DNA of 64,000 nt, from the NCBI GenBank assembly GCA_002269645.1, contig NIVC01000544.1:434001-498000 (forward strand), written 5' to 3'. A model generated the notes under the pieces. It did not search any database and was not told the DNA's origin. It worked only from the letters and a program-made list of their open reading frames with translations. Positions 35,573-46,229 of the stretch are shown in pieces. The stretch comes from Macrostomum lignano (Eukaryota). How positions within the stretch are numbered: position 1 is the first letter of the stretch; each line of letters starts with the position of its first letter. Position numbers and translations under genes: made by a program.

Positions 35573-38500
35573 TTATTTTGGAGGAACAGTCGTTGTGCTC
35601 AGGTTGAAATACGCTAACGTACTTCCTCCCCCGCATGACTGATTGTGATTTCCTGGGCACCGATACGAACAAAAGGAATTTTTTGTTTTCTCCGTTAAAG
35701 TGGGTAATGTCGATGCACAGAAGCAAGTGTCGGAATCGGTGATGGCGAAATATTTGAATTTTTTTCCGTAGAGATCACGCCTCACACACTCGGAGGCGCA
35801 AACAAGGTGCGACATCTCATCATCGCTTTGCAACACCTTTGTCAATTCACGACGATTTTCGTAGCATTTCAGAGAATCTGAAGCTAAAAATGAAAATGAA
35901 TAACAAGTGAGCACAAGTGCATGCGGATGAGATCCGCATAAGATTATAATAGTTAATTGTAATGAGACAGATTATGCGACTGACAAGCTTCAAGTTTAAT
36001 TCACCTGGAATAACCGGATAGACCTTCACTCCCTGCTCGAATTTATCTGAAATGGTAAATTTGTACTTGGACTTTACTTGAGAACATCACTAATATAAGC
36101 AGCCTCAGCTCTGTGTCAATCAATCTAATTACCTTTTCTCATAGAAGACAGTGTTGCGCTGACGCTAAAATACGCTGCTGCATTCTCGCCACCGCACGAT
36201 TGCAGGTGATTTCCTGGGCAGCGATACGAACAATGGACTTCAGGGTTATCGACTATACTTGAGTTCCTAGGCAGTTTCGATGCACACAGGCAGTTGTCAC
36301 CATTGGCGAGGCCGAAGTATTTGTATCTCTTTAAGGGACTTTTCCTGGCACACTCAAGAGCGCAAACGCGGTGCGACATTTTAATATTTTGCTTCAGTTC
36401 CAGTTTCACTTCATTATTCACTTTATTCGTTATGAGATAGCAGCCAATACCATTGAAAGATTGGACTGAAAATGTTGGGGACAATTAAACCAAAACTGAG
36501 CAGAGTTTCATGATAGCGATTTGCATCAGTTACAGGGTGCATACGAGCAATTAAGTATAAGATCTGCTAATGCAAAACTGTCATGACATACATACATACA
36601 TACATGAACACCGCCGCAAAAGAAAGCAAAAGGAAAAGGGAAAAGGAAAAGGAAAAGGAAAGGAAAGGAAAGGAAAGGAAAGGAAAAGGAAAAGGAAAAG
36701 GGGGCAGCACGGGACGGAAGAGCAAAAAAAGGGGGAAAAGAAACGGAAATGTGAGAGCGTGGCGGCAGTGTCAGAGCACTCTCCTTCTGGCTTGCTCCCT
36801 GAAGGCAGCCGCAGCGTTGGTCTGGCCGATGACACCGGCGTCAGCCAGCAGGCAGTCCACGTACCGGCGCGTCCTGGCCTGCCCTCGGCGCCAGGGGCCC
36901 CGCAGCGTGAGCAGCAGGACGTCCTGCACCGGTTCAGGGCAGTAGGTTTCCGCGCGGATCACGTGGCCCGCCAGCTGCAGCCGCCGCCGCCGGATGGTCT
37001 CGCTGGGTGGGCTTCCGGTGCTGGACCCGTTTCTGCGGCACGAGCAGAACGGCTTCCGGCCACACCGGGGCACAGCGACCCAGATCCTTGCCCTCAGGAG
37101 GACAATCGAGGAGGCGCGCACCCGCCAGGCGACGCTGATCTGTGTCTTCGTTGACTTCAGAAAGGCGTTCGACTCGGTGGCGCGCGGCGCCCTTGTGCCG
37201 GTGCTCCGGGCTTACCACGTGCCCCAGCGCCTGGTCAGCGCAGTCATGGCGCTCTACCAGGACACTCAAGCCGCCGTGGTGACGCCCGACGGGCTGTCGG
37301 ACCCATTCAGTACAACATCTGGAGTGCTGCAGGGCGACACGCTAGCGCCCTTCTTGTTCGTGCTGGTCCTCGACTGGGTGCTGCGGACTGCGCTTCCATC
37401 CGACGCCGACGGCTTCATGCTGTGCAGGCGCACGAGCAGCCGCCATCCAGAGAAGAGACTGTCGCTGCTGGGCTATGCCGACGACCTGGCGCTGCTGGCC
37501 TCCACGGCGGATGGAGCCCAGCGGATGCTGGACAGCCTGGTGGCGATAGCGGCTACGGTCGGCCTGGTTGTTAACACCGACAAGACGGAGGTCCTGACGG
37601 TGCCAGCGGAGCTGCCTGCCAATATCACCTGCCGCGGCGCAGACGGTCACGCAGCCCCTCTACCCCGCTGCACGCGCTTCACGTACCTCGGCGGTCTGGT
37701 GCCCAGCGTTCAGGAGGACCTGGCGCGACGCAGAGGCCTGGCTTGGGCGGCCTTCCGCCCAGTCCGGGTTGTTCTGCAGAGCGCCGCGCTGCCAGATCGC
37801 CTGAGGTCTCGGCTGTTTCAGGCGGTGGTCGAGACCGTCCTGACTTACAACGCCGAGACGTGGACGCTGACCGAGACGCTGGAGAAGCGGCTGGACGCGG
37901 CCCACTCCAGCCTGCTGCGCGCGGCCTTCGGCATCTCCTACCCTGAGGTGGTCTCGAACGCGGCCCTCTACCGACGAGCCGGCCTGCGACCACCCAGCGA
38001 GACCATCCGGCGGCGGCGGCTGCAGCTGTCATGACATAAACAAGGACATGTCTTGACATGCTGAGGAAAATGCATCTGTTTCAAACTGGGATAATTTATG
38101 ACATGAAGACAATTGAAATGATTTGATAGTCCAGCTTGATGACTCTACTGAAGCAAGAAATTTGCAATTGAACACTAAATCTGGCGTCCTACCGGGATTT
38201 TCCGAAGTGCTCTCGTTTTTCGGTAGATCCTTCTGGATTACCGGAGCTGCAGCCGACTGAGCTGAAAAGTGGCAGGTATATCCTGAATGCAGCTGACATG
38301 CTGAGGGAACTGTTCTGACATGCTGAGGGAACTGTTCTGACATGCTGAGGGAACTGTTCTGACATGCTGAGGGAACTGTTCTGACATGCTGAGGGAACTG
38401 TTCTGATATGCTGAGGGAACTGTTATGATATGCTGAGGGAACTGTTATGATTTGCTGAGGGAACTGTTCTGACATTCTGAGGGAATTGTTATGACATGCT

Positions 38501-41500
38501 GAGGGAACTGTTATGACATTCTGAGAGCACTGTTCTGACATGCTGAGGGAACTGTTATGATTTGCTGAGGGAACTGTTATGATTTGCTGAGGGAACTGCT
38601 CTGACATGCTGAGGGAACTGTTCTGACATGCTGAGGGAACTGTTATGACATGCTGAGGGAACTGTTATGATTTGCTGAGGGAACTGCTCTGACATGCTGA
38701 GGGAACTGTTCTGATATGCTGAGGGAACTGTTATGATTTGCTGAGGGAACTGTTATGACATGCTGAGAGCACTGTTCTGACATGCTGAGGGAACTGTTAT
38801 GATTTGCTGAGGGAACTGTTATGATTTGCTGAGGGAACTGTTCTGACATGCTGAGGGAACTGTTCTGACATGCTGAGGGAACTGTTATGATTTGCTGAGG
38901 GAACTGCTCTGACATGCTGAGGGAACTGTTATGATTTGCTGAGGGAACTGTTCTGACATGCTGAGGGAACTGTTCTGATATGCTGAGGGAACTGTTCTGA
39001 CATTCTGAGGGAACTGTTATGACATACAGTAGAAGGCATGAGGGGGCTTTTGGGACAAATTTTTTCACGTCCTCCATAATCCCATTAAATCCATCCATAT
39101 TATCCCTGACAGAATCAGAAAAAAGGGGGGTCGCACTCGCTCACAAAACGTCCTCCATAATCCCATTAAATCTATCCATATTATCCCTGACAGAATCAGA
39201 GCATAACAGGTGTCCTACTTGCTCCGAAACTTCGAACATAATCCTCTTAAATCCATCCATATTATCCCTGAATCTGAAAAAAGGGCCGCACTCGCTCACA
39301 AAACACCCGTAATCCTCCTAAATCCATCCATATTATCCCTGACAGAATCGGAGCATAACAGGTGTCCACTAACACCTGTTATGCTCACTGACACTGACAT
39401 AATCCACTGACATCCACCCATAACATCTTCGAAACAATCAGAAAACAATCTGAATTCTTCTCCCCACATTCGATTCGCAACGTGCTACCACATCCCTAAG
39501 ACTTTAAATCATCAGCGCAGGGTCCTCACCCTTTGAAAAAAATAATAAATTTTCAATAAAAATGTTTCCAGTTGTCTCTCCAGGTTCTTATTATACTCAG
39601 CCTAATCCATTGTACAAATCCAAGTACCGATGCAAACTAGAATGCAGCGAGTACATGAGAAAATATTGGCCCGACGTTGATATCAATGTCCCTAATATTA
39701 ATCTAGCTCTCCAAAGACACTGGTTTCATAAGTATGGAGTAACCTATGTAAAAGATTACGACAGCTACTATAACTTTGCAGAAATCATTAGGCAATTGTG
39801 ATTTCTTACATTCTCTCAATGATTAACGTCAATACAAACTCTTCACCGTTGAAATCAACACCCATCCCATCTTCAGTCTCAATCTGTAGCACAATCTCGT
39901 GAATCTCCTTATTACTCAATACAACTCTTTTCACTGGATTTGGTTTCTCTACCACCATCTGTCCTCCAGCTACAGAGTTGGAGATGTTGTACAAAATATT
40001 AGTTCGCTTTCCCTTAAATACCCAATCAAGACTGAGATTAGTTCTGATTAGAATATTCAAACCCTTTACAATGTCTGCTATATTGGGTGCTAAGAACAAA
40101 CCGCGTACACTTTCCCGGGCCATGAAAACAGCCCCCGTCGCTTGAGTGACAGTCCGCGCCGCGGATTCTGCCTTATAAACTTTCTTCTCGAATCCTAATT
40201 CCCTATACCAAGTGTTATCTTTAAACTCAACCTCCGCATCTTTGTGAACTTGCATGACCACTCTCATTACAGTGAGATCATAGGCTAGTTTAACAGGGAA
40301 CAGTTTTTTATCTGGCTTACTCGCATCAGGTGTCTCAAAATGGCCTCTTTTAGTAAATACGTTTTCTAGAAAGTAATTGTAGGTATCCACACTCTGCGTG
40401 CTCACAGGGAATACCACAGGGTCTGCTGCTGCACCTTTCCATTTGTAATAAAACTTATTAATTATTTGCTGCCGTCACATTGGGAACGTTTGACCAACCA
40501 GTAAAGTCGTTAAGATAGACATGGTAATTAGCACCTGGATCCAGGCGAATCGCCTGCTCTAATTTTTGAATAAATATCCCGTTTGAGTCATTAATTTGCT
40601 CAGTTATTGTAATAGGAATGCTCTCCTTGGAGTGTGAAATAATATTATTTAGTCTTTCAGCAATCGCTTCCATTTTTTTCACATAAAAAATATTTAAACT
40701 TTACTGGATGAATTGTTGATCATGTTAAGCTTCACCTTCCTCTCAAATGCATAGATAATGTACAGGTCCACGGGTGTTGCGGTAGTCCTCTCAATGTTAG
40801 TCACGATATTCACAGGGCTGTTATCAGTAGGCATTTGTCTGGCAGACACATCAGCGCCAAACATCGGATATAGAGTTCCATATTGAAGAGCAGTGATAGC
40901 AATTCCATTGTTCTCTTTCACAGCCAAGTCGACCAACTCGCTATAAAATTTGCTAATCTTGTTCTGACTGAAATCTCCATTTTGTGGCAGTGCAGGGTAA
41001 AGATTATCACTGATTTCATGCTGAATGGACCGCACGTCTCCATGCATGTAGCGTATAATGCTATTTGGGTTTCTCATGTTAATAATGATATACCTTGGAT
41101 TGCTGCATGATCCCTCTTTAATGCAGATGTTTGTTCTAGCTCGTAGTTTCGTTTCGCTCATCTCGACACGTGTAGGCTGTGTATGCAACATCAATGTCCT
41201 TCTCTATTGCCTTAAGATAGTCTGCTTTTAGTGCAGTCTTTGGCTCAATGACTTCCAAATACAGCTCGATTCCGGTTAGCTTCACCTCCATCCTAGTGAG
41301 GTCCGCCCCAGTCCACAACACTCTACTGCAATCATCTCTAGTCATCTTAAAAGTGTAGCTAAAGTTACTAGTCAGTCGATTAAATGTATTACAGAATCCA
41401 CTCATGAATCTCAATGGTACAAATACATCAACAGACCGATACAGCGGGTTTTTAGCAGCATCATCTGCACCTTGCAATGCATAGTTGTATCTCTTCTTCC

Positions 41501-44154
41501 TCTTTTTATAGCCACTGTCATTGATATCTCCTTCTTTTTCATCTGCAATAAAACCCGCACCACTTCCCAACTGAATAAAATCAGGATTCTCTATCAAACA
41601 ATGAGCGTCATAGACAATTCCAAAGTTGGCGATTCGCTCCAACTCAGTGCTCCCATTCGATACACTAAACTCCTTGAACATGTACGCCCAAAAGTTACTG
41701 ATCAGAGCCACATCCGCATCATGCTTGTCAACGTTAGCACGAGCCGCATCCGCACCACCCTTTGTCTTGAATTGAAATGTCATATGGAAGCCGCTCTTAA
41801 GACTGTGCACACTAACCAAAGACGAACATCCATTGTATGTAAATGTCAGTGTTTGACCAGGACCAAGATTAGTTTCATTCTGATTTTCCTGACTGGGAAC
41901 TCTTACCTGAGTCGCTTTGATTGTGCTATCATCACTCAAAATAGGCTTGTTAATTTTGTAGAAAACTGGTGTCAGTGGGTCGTTCATTTTTTAACTAAAA
42001 ATAAAATAAAATAAGAAATGAAGCGAAAAAGTACAAGCAGATATCTGAACTAGAAAAGCTGGCGCAGGCAGAAAAGAGAGTTACCGGGCTAATCAATCAG
42101 GAGCAACATCAAAAAGGAGCAAAATCAATAAGGATGCGTTGCGAATTGCAAATTGAATGTGGGGAGAAGAATACAGATTATTTTCAGATTGTTTCAAAGA
42201 TGTTATGGGTGGATGTCAGTGGATTATGTCAGTGTCAGTGAGCATAACAGGTGTTAGTGGACACCTGTTATGCTCCGATTCTGTCAGGGATAATATGGAT
42301 GGATTTAGGAGGATTACGGGTGTTTTGTGAGCGAGTGCGGCCCTTTTTTTCAGATTCAGGGATAATATGGATGGATTTAAGAGGATTATGTTCGAAGTTT
42401 CGGAGCAAGTAGGACACCTGTTATGCTCTGATTCTGTCAGGGATAATATGGATAGATTTAATGGGATTATGGAGGACGTTTTGTGAGCGAGTGCGACCCC
42501 CCTTTTTTTCTGATTCTGTCAGGGATAATATGGATGGATTTAATGGGATTATGGAGGACGTGAAAAATTTTGTCCCAAAAGCCCCCTCATGCCTTCTACT
42601 ACATACTGAGGGAACTGTTATGACATGCTGAGGGAACTGTTCTGACATGCTGAGGGAACTGTTATGACATACTGAGGGAACTGTTATGACATGCTGAGGG
42701 AACTGTTCTGACATGCTGAGGGAACTGTTATGACATACTGAGGGAACTGTTATGACATGCTGAGGGAACTGTTCTGACATGCTGAGGGAACTGTTCTGAC
42801 ATACTGAGGGAACTGTTCTGACATGCTGAGGGAACTGTTCTGACATGCTGAGGGAACTGTTCTGACATGCTGAGGGAACTGTTCTGACATGCTGAGGGAA
42901 CTGTTCTGACATGCTGAGGGAACTGTTCTGACATGCTGAGGGAACTGTTATGATTTGCTGAGGGAACTGTTCTGACATGCTGAGGGAACTGTTCTGACAT
43001 ACTGAGGGAACTGTTCTGACATTCTGAGGGAACTGTTCTGACATGCTGAGGGAACTGTTATGATTTGCTGAGGGAACTGTTCTGACATGCTGAGAGAACT
43101 GTTCTGACATGCTGAGGGAATTGTTCTGACATGCTGAGGGAACTGTTCTGACATGCTGAGGGAACTGTTCTGACATACTGAGGGAACTGTTCTGACATGC
43201 TGAGGGAACTGTTCTGACATGCTGAGGGAACTGTTATGATTTGCTGAGGGAACTGTTCTGACATGCTGAGGGAACTGTTCTGACATGCTGAGGGAACTGT
43301 TATGACATGCTGAGGGAACTGTTATGATATTCTGAGTTAGCTGTTCTGACATGCTGAGGAAAATGCATGTGTTTCAAACTGGGATAAATTATGACATAAA
43401 GACAATTGAAATGATTTGATAGTGACAGTTTATATACCAGCTAAATGACTCTACTGAAGCAAGAAATTTGCAATTGAACACTAAATTTGGCGTCCTACCG
43501 GGATTTTCCGAAGTGCTCTCGTCTTTCGGTGGATCCTTCTTGACTACCGGAGCTGCAGCCGACTGAGCTGAAAAGTGGCAGGTATATCCTGAATGCAGCT
43601 GACATGCAGAGGGAACTGTTCGGACATGCTGAGGGAACTGTATGATTTGCTGAGGGAACTGTTCTGACATGCTGAGGGAACTGTTCTGACATGCTGAGGA
43701 AACTGTTCTGATATGCTGAAGGTATTGTATCGACATTAAGTTATCTGGGTTGTAAATGAGTTGATATTCAAATCTGCAGTATGTACGCTCGTAATTTGTA
43801 ACTGAATACTTGCATACAGAGTTTTGGGATTAGCTGCTGATGGGTATCTGCATGGCTAAAATTGGGATCAATCTTGACAGGAAGACACATTAAGTGAGTT
43901 GATAGTGGTTAATCAACAGTCCACATAGCAGCGTAAAATACCCTCCTCACCTGGGGTTACCGCTGGAGCTGCATCAGGCTCAGCTGAAAAGTGGCAGGAT
44001 TATCCTGAATGCAGCTGGGCTTGAGCACAAGCAAGCTAAAGCGCGAAATCAAAGGCAATAAAAGCTACTCACGTTTCTTCTTTGAAGACGGGCAGCTCAG
44101 AGCACCGTAGATGGCTGCGCTCATGCAGAACAGAACCAAAACCGTTCGGAACAT
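35573..44154 (-). CDS. Secreted protein with two WSC (carbohydrate-binding) domains (spliced)
   Basis: All junctions phase 1: 44154-44073 (signal peptide MFRTVLVLFCMSAAIYGALS), 43983-43951, 43567-43499, 38261-38193, 36465-36133 (GCY...MSHRVCALEC...YFGL..GDNCLC...CSYRCPGN..SCGG), 36046-36005, 35883-35573 (KCY...MSHLVCASEC...CFC...CSYRCPGN..SCGG, TAA). Confidence 0.85.
36591..38025 (-). mobile_element. RTE/RTEX-like non-LTR retrotransposon, 5'-truncated and 5'-inverted
   Basis: 3' part on minus (about 37010 to 36591: PPSETIRRRRLQLAGHVIR...stop at 36771, pyrimidine-rich UTR, (ATGT)n tail); RT part on plus (about 37012-38025); 13-bp TSD CTGTCATGACATA at 36578-36590 and 38026-38038. Confidence 0.9.
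36994..38034 (+). pseudogene. Non-LTR reverse transcriptase domain fragment (inverted segment)
   Basis: EQNGFR, FVDFRKAFDSV, GVLQGDTLAPFLF, GYADD, FTYLG, LTYNAETW motifs; the first six codons and the stop come from the junctions. Confidence 0.92.
38295..39027. repeat. 22-bp minisatellite (CATGCTGAGGGAACTGTTCTGA), left half
   Basis: Continues at 42601 on the other side of the Polinton-type insertion. Confidence 0.95.
39562..39801 (+). CDS. Small 79-aa ORF of the mini-Polinton, unknown function, RNase T2-like motif
   Basis: ATG after an AT-rich leader; ends 4 bp from the convergent penton stop; MRKYWPDV...RHWFHKYG resembles the T2 CAS II region. Confidence 0.55.
   Translation: MFPVVSPGSYYTQPNPLYKSKYRCKLECSEYMRKYWPDVDINVPNINLALQRHWFHKYGVTYVKDYDSYYNFAEIIRQL
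39806..40673 (-). pseudogene. Polinton/adintovirus minor capsid protein (penton), frameshifted
   Basis: YHVYL..WSNVPNV..NN[KFYY], LGF, ILY...V..G..VVEKP, IHEIVLQIETEDG..VDFNGE motifs; a 4-bp TAAT duplication near 40455-40460 splits it; ~287 aa when repaired. Confidence 0.85.
40694..41987 (-). pseudogene. Polinton/adintovirus major capsid protein (double jelly-roll hexon), frameshifted
   Basis: ALISNFWAYMF, VPLRFMSGFC, NPRYIII, YGTLYPMFGADVS, DLYIIYAFER motifs; +1 frameshift near 41136-41140; ~430 aa when repaired. Confidence 0.88.
42601..43350. repeat. 22-bp minisatellite, right half (resumes at about 43600-43720)
   Basis: Same unit and orientation as 38295-39027. Confidence 0.95.
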
Positions 44155-44433
44155 GCTCAGGTCGACCAGGTAAAATCAGCTGATCTGCGAAACCTTTTGT
44201 TAAGCTTGTTAAAAAATGTTTCTTGTTTCTCCTAGTGTTGTCTGGTCAAGTTTTGTGAAAAGTGCAAATCCAGCTTATTGAAATCAGAAATTCTGAGAGA
44301 TTTTAGGGCTTGGGATCAGCAGTAAAAAAAAGTCCGAATCACAGAATTAGAGTCACAGACGCAACTGTACATCTCAGTCAGCTGGCTCTGGCCATGGACA
44401 ATTTGGATTCGCGGGAGTTCAATGAGGCTGTTG

Positions 44434-44484
44434 CAAGGACAACTTGATAACTTATGAAGTTGTCAAGTTATCAAGTTGTCCTTG
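44434..44484. mobile_element. 51-bp MITE-like palindrome with an 8-bp TSD
   Basis: 20-bp perfect TIRs CAAGGACAACTTGATAACTT around an 11-bp spacer; GGCTGTTG at 44426-44433 and 44485-44492. Confidence 0.75.
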
Positions 44485-46229
44485 GGCTGTTGTTTAAATA
44501 ATTCTCCCGCGCACCCTGACTGGCCATAGACTATAGGATTCTGATGAGAGAGGACTGTTAGCACCGCCTTTCCGGCATTTTAGCCCCAAGGACCGCTAGA
44601 AGTTACCGTTGTATTCGAATGCAGGATGCAACACTGGCAAATATTGCAAATATTGAAGGCCCGCTTGTTTGCATTGCAGCTAAACTTTAAATACTCAGTA
44701 ACAACCCCGGACTGGATGCACTTAGAAAGACAATTTTTTGGCCAGGTTTTTTTTTTAATTTTGTTTTTTGTAGATGTAGATGCGGCGGGCGTACAGTAAA
44801 GTAAAGGCAGTACGCAGTATTTCATGCTAGGGTTTGGGTCCATAACTTTGTCAAGACAGCTAAAGCTTATGGAATTATTGGTTAAAATACTTTTCATTGT
44901 TAGTAAATTAGTCAGAAGCCCATCTGAATTTTTTTTCAAGCGTTGTTGAACTATCGAAATCTCGAAATCTCCAGCCTTTTAAGTTATTCGTCTAGGAGCG
45001 AAGCAGTGCTTGCGAATATAACATTGAAAACTAGCAAAATTCTATGTTAATGAGAATTGTCATAAGGTCTCCTTCTCCTTTGTGAGCCGTGCCTGTGCGC
45101 TGCGCGGAGAAGGAATCCCGAATCAGTGAGACAAGGGCTATTGAAACCAAGTATGGAGAACGGCAATCAGAGCCGGCTGCAATCGTCGTGAACTTCAACG
45201 GGACCTTCCAGAAAGAATTGCACATTCAATCTAACTGGAGTTGGTAAGCAGTAGCTTGGAAAAAGTAAAACGTCGTTTGATTGAATGAACTAAACTAACA
45301 AGCCGAAAACTGTTGCGTTACTGTTACGAAATTATAAAAGTACGAAAGTGTAAAAGAAAACAAAATCATAATAATCCTGTAAAAGTATAATTTTTTTAAT
45401 TATAAAAGCATACTTGTTTGGAACTTGTTTCACCATAGACTACGAAAGTTCGAGACGAAATTTCATTTATTGATAGCTCGTAATTATTTGCTCCTGGCGC
45501 TTCCATATCATGTTTATACTCAGATAAGCGACTATCTATATTATTACTTCATAGACCGCGCCTTCATAGTCGAATAAGATCTAGTATAGACCAACAAAAA
45601 CTTTGCGGTAAAGCAAACTGTTTAACCGGCAATTTAAACTGTAGAATATTTTTTGCCCACCCGCTACAGTATGTTCTGTCTTTTTATCGCATAGGTGTTG
45701 TTTTTTCCATTTTTTAAACAACTAATTGTTCCTCGAACTTATTATTATTTATTATTTATTAAACAGACGCTGGCACCGGGGGTGAGCGAAGCACCCGCTG
45801 GTGGAAAACAGCTGCTGAAGCCAAGCTTAGCTGCAGACTGAGAGCCTGACCACGGCGCGGAATTGTGAGAGAACCGTGTGAGAGAGAAGGTTTCGAGACA
45901 GACTTGACCCTCTCGACTGCAGTGATCGGGAATTTTTGAGCGGTACCGGCTCCCACGTCAACCTTTGCTGGAGCTCATTGAGTTGCTGCGGCCGCAAACG
46001 TCAGACGCGTCGCAACAGAGCGCGGTTTACGTTGAGCTGCAGGTTTGCCTCGCAACAGGCATCTTTCTCAAAGTCATTGCAGGGGACGTTTTCAACTGTA
46101 TAGCTGCGTCACGGTGTCCGGAGTTGTGACTGAAGTTTGCCTGCTGCTTCAGGACATGGCACCAATTTGTATTTCGTTTCCAAGCAATCAGCAAGCAGCA
46201 GCAGCAGCGTCAGCACGGGTATTTTTTTA

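Larger units (their letters stand above)
39028..42600. mobile_element. Miniature Polinton/Maverick (adintovirus-like) element carrying only capsid genes and one small ORF
   Basis: AGTAG...CTACT termini; ~455-bp TIRs (39028-~39482, ~42137-42600); 6-bp TSD ACATAC (39022-39027, 42601-42606); MCP and penton homologues inside. Confidence 0.92.

Noticed and set aside
45086-45245. Start-less frame with ETKYG resembling an OB-fold ssDNA-binding motif
   Set aside because: About 50 codons, bounded by stops, with one short motif only.
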